From Crocosphaera subtropica ATCC 51142 (GTDB taxonomy: Bacteria > Cyanobacteriota > Cyanobacteriia > Cyanobacteriales > Microcystaceae): DNA of 32,000 bases. The notes below the pieces were generated by a model, which was given only the letters and a program-made list of their open reading frames with translations, did not search any database and was not told the origin of the DNA. Numbering within the stretch: position 1 is the first letter of the stretch; each line of letters opens with the position of its first letter. Positions 26,020-32,000 of this stretch are shown one piece after another. A program made the position numbers and the translations under genes. The stretch spans positions 600,001 to 632,000 of the forward strand of contig NC_010546.1 of assembly GCF_000017845.1 (NCBI RefSeq). The letters are read 5' to 3'.

Positions 26020-28167
26020 TTAGAAGGTTTTGCGAACAGCGGCCGCTTCATCGGGATGAATACCCAAACGAGTTAAATTAAGACGGCCTTTATTGTCGAT
26101 TTCACGAACCTTAACCACCACTTCGTCGCCGACGGCCACTTCTTCTTCTACCTTACCGACACGCCTTTCGGCTAACTGGGAAATATGAATCATCCCTTCT
26201 TTCCCCGGTAAGACTTCCACAAAAGCCCCAATAGGAATAATACGGGTAACACGACCTAAATAAACTTCCCCTTCGTTCAGTTTACGAGTCATGTTAAAAA
26301 TGAGGTCACGGGCCCGTTCTGCTTTTTTCGCTTGAATAGCAGCAATGGTAACCGTTCCATCATCAGCAATATCAATTTTTGAACCAGTTTGTTCGGTGAT
26401 ACTCTTGATGGTTTTACCCCCAGGCCCAATGACTAAGCCAATTTGTTCTGGATCAATTTTCATTGTTAACAGACGCGGGGCGAAAGGAGAGAGTTCGGGG
26501 CGAGGTTGGTCAATAACAGCAAGCATCTTATCAAGGATATGTAAACGGGCTGGTAAAGCTTGTTCAATGGCTTTAGCAACAACATCCATTGATAGTCCCG
26601 TAATTTTCATATCCATTTGCAAAGCGGTGATGCCGGTGTCGGTTCCTGCCACTTTAAAGTCCATATCCCCTAAAAAGTCTTCAATGCCTTGAATATCGGT
26701 AAGGATACGCACTTCTTTCCCTTCTCTAATTAATCCCATCGCAGCGCCACTGACGGGTTTGATAATGGGAACGCCAGCATCCATTAAAGCCAAAGTCGAA
26801 CCACATACCGATCCCATTGACGTTGAACCGTTAGAAGAAACCACTTCCGAAACCACCCGAACCACATAGGGAAACTCATCTTGGGGCGGTAAAACAGGAA
26901 GAATAGCCCGTTCCGCTAAAGCCCCGTGACCGATTTCTCGTCGACCTGGGGAACGCAAAGGTTTCGTTTCTCCCACAGAAAAAGGAGGGAAATTGTAGTG
27001 ATGGAGATAGCGTTTTTCGTCTTCGGGGTGAAGATCGTCCCCTAAGTCTTGGGCATCCCCTGGAGTCCCTAAAGTAGCCAAGGAAAAGACCTGGGTCAGT
27101 CCTCTGGTAAATAAGGCACTACCATGTACTCTTGGGGGTAACAAGCCCACACGACAGGAAATGGGCCGTACCTCATCGAGTTTACGCCCATCCACCCGAA
27201 TGCCTTCGTCGACGATTTGCGATCGCATTAACTTTTTAGTTAACCCTTTGTAAAGATTGCCCACCGCTTTGGGATCTTCGCTGGTGGTCACTTTAATGGG
27301 ATCATCTTCGGGGAGTTCGGCGATCGCCTCCTCAATGGCCGTTTCTTTGATATTATCGAGAGCGCTATCTCTTTCTGCTTTACCGAGATCGTACTGAACC
27401 AAAACCTTTTTAATGGAGTCAGCCGCGCGATCGCTGATAAATTTTTCCAGGGCTTCATCGACTGATGGTGGTTCTGCTTTGGCAATTTCCATACCCAACT
27501 CTTCCATGATTTCGTATTGGGCCCCGATTAAATCTCTAACCGCTTCATAACCAAAATCAATGGCTTCGATGATGTCTTGTTCAGGGAGTTGGTTAGCCCC
27601 GGCTTCCACCATGACCACGCCATCAGGACTACCCGCTACCACGAGATCAAGATCCCCATTTTCTACTTCTCGATAGGTGGGATTAATGATAAAGTCATCT
27701 CCAATTAAACCCACTCTAACAGCAGCCATTGGCCCATAAAAAGGAATTTGTGCTTGAATCACCGCAATAGAAGACCCTGTCACCGCTAAAACGTCGGGGG
27801 GTACTTCTTCATCCATAGACAGGGTGGTAGCAATGATCTGGATGTCATTACGCCACCAATTCGGAAATAAGGGACGTAAGGGACGGTCAATTAAACGACT
27901 AATGAGGATTGCCCGTTCTGGGGGACGGCCTTCCCGTCTTAAAAAGCCCCCTGGGATACGCCCTGCAGCATAAAGTCTCTCTTCATAATCTACGGTCAAA
28001 GGTAAAAAGTCGATACCTTCTCTTCCTTTTGTTGTTGTTGCTGTCACCAAAACTGCCGTATCTCCGGACTGAATTAAGACTGCCCCGCCAGCTTGGGGGG
28101 CTAACAATCCTAGCTTTAGCCTAATATCCCGTCCGTCGAAGGATATTGACTTGTCAAACTCTTGCAT
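26020..28167 (-). CDS. pnp: Polyribonucleotide nucleotidyltransferase (PNPase)
   Basis: 715 aa with two RNase PH domains, a KH domain ([15 protein letters not shown]) and a C-terminal S1 domain ([34 protein letters not shown]). Confidence 0.95.
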   Translation of the reverse strand: MQEFDKSISFDGRDIRLKLGLLAPQAGGAVLIQSGDTAVLVTATTTKGREGIDFLPLTVDYEERLYAAGRIPGGFLRREGRPPERAILISRLIDRPLRPLFPNWWRNDIQIIATTLSMDEEVPPDVLAVTGSSIAVIQAQIPFYGPMAAVRVGLIGDDFIINPTYREVENGDLDLVVAGSPDGVVMVEAGANQLPEQDIIEAIDFGYEAVRDLIGAQYEIMEELGMEIAKAEPPSVDEALEKFISDRAADSIKKVLVQYDLGKAERDSALDNIKETAIEEAIAELPEDDPIKVTTSEDPKAVGNLYKGLTKKLMRSQIVDEGIRVDGRKLDEVRPISCRVGLLPPRVHGSALFTRGLTQVFSLATLGTPGDAQDLGDDLHPEDEKRYLHHYNFPPFSVGETKPLRSPGRREIGHGALAERAILPVLPPQDEFPYVVRVVSEVVSSNGSTSMGSVCGSTLALMDAGVPIIKPVSGAAMGLIREGKEVRILTDIQGIEDFLGDMDFKVAGTDTGITALQMDMKITGLSMDVVAKAIEQALPARLHILDKMLAVIDQPRPELSPFAPRLLTMKIDPEQIGLVIGPGGKTIKSITEQTGSKIDIADDGTVTIAAIQAKKAERARDLIFNMTRKLNEGEVYLGRVTRIIPIGAFVEVLPGKEGMIHISQLAERRVGKVEEEVAVGDEVVVKVREIDNKGRLNLTRLGIHPDEAAAVRKTF

Positions 28168-28353
28168 GTAGCGTTGGTTCCTTTTCTTTTATCACGTTTC
28201 TCTTTCTGTCGCAATCCTAACATTTTTAAGGAACTTGACGCGATGGTTTGACCCATGTAACTGTAGTTACTTAACCTTTTTTGCATTCCCTTTACACTGT
28301 GGGTGAGGCAAGTTAGCTGCGTGGAACCCACGCAACAGGAGTTTAAAACAGTT

Positions 28354-29712
28354 ATGGATCGTAACGCCTTAAAAAATCAAGCAAATGTTGTTATCATTGG
28401 TGGGGGCTTTGGAGGGTTATACACGGCTCAAGACCTAAAAAATGCCTCTGTACAAGTCACTCTCATTGATAAGCGCAATTTTCACTTATTTCAACCTTTA
28501 CTCTATCAAGTAGCTACGGGAGTGCTTTCTCCGGCTGATATTTCTTCCCCCTTACGATTGGTTTTACGTCAACATAAAAATACGAAAGTTCTCTTAGATC
28601 ACGCCATTGATCTCGACCCTGAGAAAAAAGAGGTGATCTTAGATCATCACGAACCCATCCCCTACGACATGTTAGTATTGGCCACAGGGGTTTCTCATCA
28701 CTATTTTGGCAATGACCAATGGGAACCCTTAGCACCAGGTTTGAAGACCATTGAGGATGCCATTGAAATTCGTCGCCGTATCTTTATGGCCTTTGAAGCA
28801 GCCGAAAAAGAAACCGATCCCGTTAAGCGTCAAGCTTGGTTAACCTTTGTCATTGTGGGGGGTGGACCCACTGGGGTAGAAATGGCCGGGGCGATCGCAG
28901 AAATTGCTCACGGTGCCTTAGCTGGAGATTTTCGCAGCATCGATCCCAAAGAAGCTAAAATTCTCCTCATTGAAGGGTTAGATCGCATACTTCCTCCTTA
29001 TCCCCCCGAATTATCAGCCAAAGCAGCAGAAGATTTATGCCATTTAGGGGTAACCGTTCAAACCCAGTCGATGGTAACGGATATCAACGACCATGTGGTA
29101 ACGGTTCGTCAAGGGGAACAAATTAAACAAATTACCTCCCGTACCATTTTATGGGCTGCCGGTGTCAAAGCGTCAAGAATGGGCAAGGTATTAGCTGAAC
29201 GCACTGGAGTAGAATTAGATCGTGCCGGACGGGTTGTGGTTGAACCTGACCTCAGTATTCCAGGATATTCTGACATCTTTGTTATTGGGGATCTAGCTAA
29301 TTTTCCCCACCAAGGAGAACGGCCTTTACCTGGAGTCGCACCAGTAGCGATGCAGCAAGGGGCTTATGTCGCAAAATTAATCCAAAAACGTCTCCAAGGA
29401 GAGTCTTTACCCCCATTTGTCTATGATGATTATGGCAATATGGCGGTGATTGGTCAAAATAAGGCAGTGGTTAACTTAGGCTTTGCTAAACTGTCAGGGT
29501 TCTTAGCATGGTTTATTTGGGTTTGGGCCCACATTTACTATCTCATCGAATTTGATAACAAATTAGTAGTTATGATTCAGTGGGGTTGGAATTACTTTAC
29601 CCGAGGCCGCGGGGCCCGTTTAATTACTGGGGTTGGTGAAGGAAAACGTAAGGATCAACCCAAAGAAATAGCTCAAGAAATCACAAAAACCGTAACTCCT
29701 ATTACTCGTTAA
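28354..29712 (+). CDS. Type II NADH dehydrogenase (NDH-2, Ndb family)
   Basis: Two dinucleotide folds (VVIIGGGFGGLYTA and FVIVGGGPTGVEMAG) and GDLANFP. The ATG at 28354 places the first GxGxxG ~12 aa from the N-terminus. The track start at 28303 is a GTG, 17 codons upstream. Confidence 0.85.
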   Translation: MDRNALKNQANVVIIGGGFGGLYTAQDLKNASVQVTLIDKRNFHLFQPLLYQVATGVLSPADISSPLRLVLRQHKNTKVLLDHAIDLDPEKKEVILDHHEPIPYDMLVLATGVSHHYFGNDQWEPLAPGLKTIEDAIEIRRRIFMAFEAAEKETDPVKRQAWLTFVIVGGGPTGVEMAGAIAEIAHGALAGDFRSIDPKEAKILLIEGLDRILPPYPPELSAKAAEDLCHLGVTVQTQSMVTDINDHVVTVRQGEQIKQITSRTILWAAGVKASRMGKVLAERTGVELDRAGRVVVEPDLSIPGYSDIFVIGDLANFPHQGERPLPGVAPVAMQQGAYVAKLIQKRLQGESLPPFVYDDYGNMAVIGQNKAVVNLGFAKLSGFLAWFIWVWAHIYYLIEFDNKLVVMIQWGWNYFTRGRGARLITGVGEGKRKDQPKEIAQEITKTVTPITR

Positions 29713-29719
29713 AATCGTA

Positions 29720-29748
29720 GGGTGGGCATTGCCCACCTTTTTGTTTAA
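29720..29748 (+). terminator. Intrinsic terminator of the NDH-2 gene built on the 17-mer GGTGGGCATTGCCCACC
   Basis: GC-rich stem GGTGGGC/GCCCACC (29721-29737) followed by TTTTTGTTT. It lies 9 nt after the stop. Confidence 0.8.
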
Positions 29749-29932
29749 GTGAGATATTATCGTCGATCAGTTTATTTTTGTTATAAAGGTAAACCACTAT
29801 CTTTTTGTAGTTCTAAAGGTAATAATCCTTCAAGGGCATATTCTGCTGATGTATTGATTCAATTTTTAACTAAAGTCTAATCATTGACTATAATTTAAGA
29901 AAAGTTCTCAAACTGTTATAGGAATATAACTT

Positions 29933-30634
29933 ATGTCCTTAACTGCCGAACAATTAGCAGCGTTAATGCCTGATGCAACTCAAGTTGAAAGTGATGAACC
30001 GGAAATGGAAAGTAGTTTACATTATTTTCAATTAGCCTTATTAGTTTCCTGTTTAGAATGGCTTTGGCGTGAGCAAAATGATTTTTTTATTGGAGCCAAT
30101 CTCACCATTTATTTTAATCGTCAACAACTCAAAAATAAAGACTTTCGTGGCCCTGATTTTTTCTTAGTTAAACAAACCGAAAAACGTCCCCGAAAATCCT
30201 GGGTAACTTGGGAGGAAGGGGGAAAATATCCCGATTTAATTATTGAGTTACTGTCAGAATCAACTGAAAATGTGGATAAAACGATTAAAAAAGACCTTTA
30301 TCAAAATCGCTTTCGTACTCCAGACTATTTTTGGTTTTCACCGGATACTTTAGAATTTTCAGGGTTTCGTTTAGTTCAAGGAAAGTATGAAGAAATTGAT
30401 CCTAATGAGTTCGGTTGGTTATGGAGTGAAAGCTTAGGATTATACTTAGGAATTTATGAACAACAACTGCGCTATTTTACCCTAGAAGGTCAACTGGTTC
30501 CCACCCCCGAAGAAGACGCACAACAACAACGAAAACAGGTTGAACAAGTACAACAACAGGCTAACCAGCAACAACGACGGGCTGAACAGTTAGCTGCTCA
30601 GTTAAGAGCATTGGGAATAGAGCCAGAAGCTTAA
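29933..30634 (+). CDS. Uma2-family (DUF820) endonuclease-like protein with a Q-rich coiled-coil C-terminal extension
   Basis: GPDFFLV...YPDLIIELLSEST...DYFWF core, then TPEEDAQQQRKQVEQVQQQANQQQRRAEQLAAQLRALGIEPEA. Confidence 0.8.
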   Translation: MSLTAEQLAALMPDATQVESDEPEMESSLHYFQLALLVSCLEWLWREQNDFFIGANLTIYFNRQQLKNKDFRGPDFFLVKQTEKRPRKSWVTWEEGGKYPDLIIELLSESTENVDKTIKKDLYQNRFRTPDYFWFSPDTLEFSGFRLVQGKYEEIDPNEFGWLWSESLGLYLGIYEQQLRYFTLEGQLVPTPEEDAQQQRKQVEQVQQQANQQQRRAEQLAAQLRALGIEPEA

Positions 30635-30695
30635 AAGTATCTGGTTAGAACCTGTAAAGTTAAATTATCGTAAAATTAATCTACAACCTGACAAC

Positions 30696-31226
30696 ATGAT
30701 AAAAATTCTAACACCAAGACTTAAACTAAGGGAATGGAAAGAAGAAGATAAAGAACCATTCTTTAAGCTTAATTCTGATCCTAGAGTGATGGAATTTATG
30801 CCAAAACTATTATCAAAAGAAGAAAGCGATAATTTTGTTGAACGTATCAAAACTCATTTTCAGACTTATCAGTATGGACTATTTGCAGTCGAATTAATCG
30901 AGAATCAAAACTTTATCGGATTTATTGGTTTATCGATTCCTAAATTTGATGCTTTCTTTACCCCTTGTGTAGAAATTGGTTGGCGTTTAGCTTATGATTA
31001 TTGGGGAAAAGGTTACGCAAGCGAAGGGGCAAAAGCATCTCTTAATTATGGATTTCAAGAATTAAGTTTATCAGAAATTGTTTCCTTTACTTTTCATGAT
31101 AATGTTCGTTCTCGTCAGGTGATGGAACGCATTGGTATGAAATATATGGGTGAATTTAATCATCCAGCATTACCGAAAGGACATCCGTTAGAAAAGCACG
31201 TTTTATATAAAATAATGAATAAATAA
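30696..31226 (+). CDS. GNAT-family N-acetyltransferase (RimJ/RimL-like)
   Basis: 176 aa. LREWKEEDKEPFFKLNSDPRVMEFM is followed by the acetyl-CoA loop WGKGYASEGAKA. Confidence 0.8.
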   Translation: MIKILTPRLKLREWKEEDKEPFFKLNSDPRVMEFMPKLLSKEESDNFVERIKTHFQTYQYGLFAVELIENQNFIGFIGLSIPKFDAFFTPCVEIGWRLAYDYWGKGYASEGAKASLNYGFQELSLSEIVSFTFHDNVRSRQVMERIGMKYMGEFNHPALPKGHPLEKHVLYKIMNK

Positions 31227-31231
31227 TAAAT

Positions 31232-32000
31232 TTATAGCCAATTTCCAACAAGAGTATAAGCTGACCAATAAAAAGGATGTTTGTACCAACGGTTTTTTAA
31301 CATAGCTAATTGTGCTTGTCTTAAAGCCTCTGCTTTTGATAATTTATTAGTAGATAATTGCTCATAAACTTGAGCCATAATGACTGCAGTAGCTTGGTCA
31401 TTCACTGACCATAATGTGGCTAAGGTACTTCTACCACCAGCACGCACGGCAAACCCTGCTAACCCAAGAGCAGCACGACTATCTCCTGATGCCGTTTCAC
31501 AAGCACTTAAGATTAATAATTCTATGGGTTTGTTTCCTCTGGGGTCATTTTCTTTCAGTAATTGTTCTAATTCTAATACGTTAATATAACTATCCCAAGC
31601 AACGATATAAGTTTGTTCAAATTGAGAACTAAATTGACCATGAGTGGCAAAATGAACAATGGGAAATGACTGATTTTCTAAGATATTTTGTAAATTATCT
31701 AAGGTAAATTCTTCATTTAGTAAAGCAGTGGTCGGAACTTGTTGTTGAATAGCTCTTAATTCTTGTTTAACATAAAATAAAGGAACCAATCCTTCTTGTT
31801 GAAACGTCTCTGTGAGTCCCCCAAAAAGCGTATTTAATCCCTGATTTTGTAGGGGTTTGGGTGATAGTAAACTTAACCCAGGACTTAAGGCTACTCGATA
31901 GTTTTCAATAAGATATTTTTTACCATCATATAAAGCACCCATCGGCGCATTTCTAAATATGCCATCTGGTACAAATACTAAGGTTTTAATTTTATTTTTT
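31232..32000 (-). CDS. CHAT-domain (caspase-like) protein, C-terminal part; N-terminus beyond the window end
   Basis: HFATHGQF (His) and LILSACETASGD (Cys) form the dyad, and the protein ends in PFYWSAYTLVGNWL. The reading frame stays open upstream of the track Met (…KTLVFVPDGIFRNAPMGALYDGKKYLIENY) as far as position 32000. Confidence 0.8.
   Translation of the reverse strand, partial: KNKIKTLVFVPDGIFRNAPMGALYDGKKYLIENYRVALSPGLSLLSPKPLQNQGLNTLFGGLTETFQQEGLVPLFYVKQELRAIQQQVPTTALLNEEFTLDNLQNILENQSFPIVHFATHGQFSSQFEQTYIVAWDSYINVLELEQLLKENDPRGNKPIELLILSACETASGDSRAALGLAGFAVRAGGRSTLATLWSVNDQATAVIMAQVYEQLSTNKLSKAEALRQAQLAMLKNRWYKHPFYWSAYTLVGNWL

Noticed and set aside
28280-28298. HLR1-like repeat TTTGCATT-CCC-TTTACACT in the pnp/NDH-2 divergent spacer
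   Set aside because: The spacing is 3 nt (an 11-nt period) instead of 2, and the first octamer has a core mismatch. It does not fit HLR1 geometry.
28303-28353. GTG-initiated 17-codon extension of the NDH-2 ORF
   Set aside because: The ATG at 28354 places the first Rossmann GxGxxG at the usual distance from the N-terminus. The extension overlaps the divergent pnp promoter region.

Overview
This window is 32 kb of cyanobacterial chromosome. It is AT-rich, and I read the HIP1 octamer GCGATCGC at 17 or more sites. The spacers carry heptamer STRR-like repeats and a GGTGGGCATTGCCCACC hairpin family. Gene content resembles unicellular Cyanothece/Crocosphaera-type genomes, but the species cannot be named from sequence alone.

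Most genes are housekeeping:
- ppx (partial) and a group-2 sigma-70 factor.
- An HLIP gene with a textbook HLR1 (RpaB) box.
- The inducible CO2-uptake operon ndhF3-ndhD3-cupA, with an NdhR-type ATAG-N8-CTAT site and no adjacent cupS.
- pgm, and a TonB-like proline-rich protein with a 117/102/117-nt tandem-repeat tail.
- A DivIVA/Cdv3-like coiled-coil protein and a short (1240 aa) ChlH/BchH-family chelatase paralog.
- A methyltransferase-glycosyltransferase-Uma2-rfbB block.
- A frameshifted DUF29, a hendecad coiled-coil membrane protein and DUF2808.
- pnp, NDH-2, a second Uma2, a GNAT and a partial CHAT protease.

The most unusual structure lies at 19.18-20.51 kb. A roughly 1.2 kb minus-strand cassette (coiled-coil ORF, AbrB/SpoVT antitoxin, PIN toxin) sits between the stop of the chlH-like gene and a second copy of that gene's last 49 codons. 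That second copy is displaced and frameshifted. The two copies share a perfectly identical 30-nt left edge, followed by about 11% divergence. This looks like an att-like 3'-end replacement, yet no recombinase is present in the window.

I recognised no rRNA, tRNA, CRISPR array, transposase or integrase.
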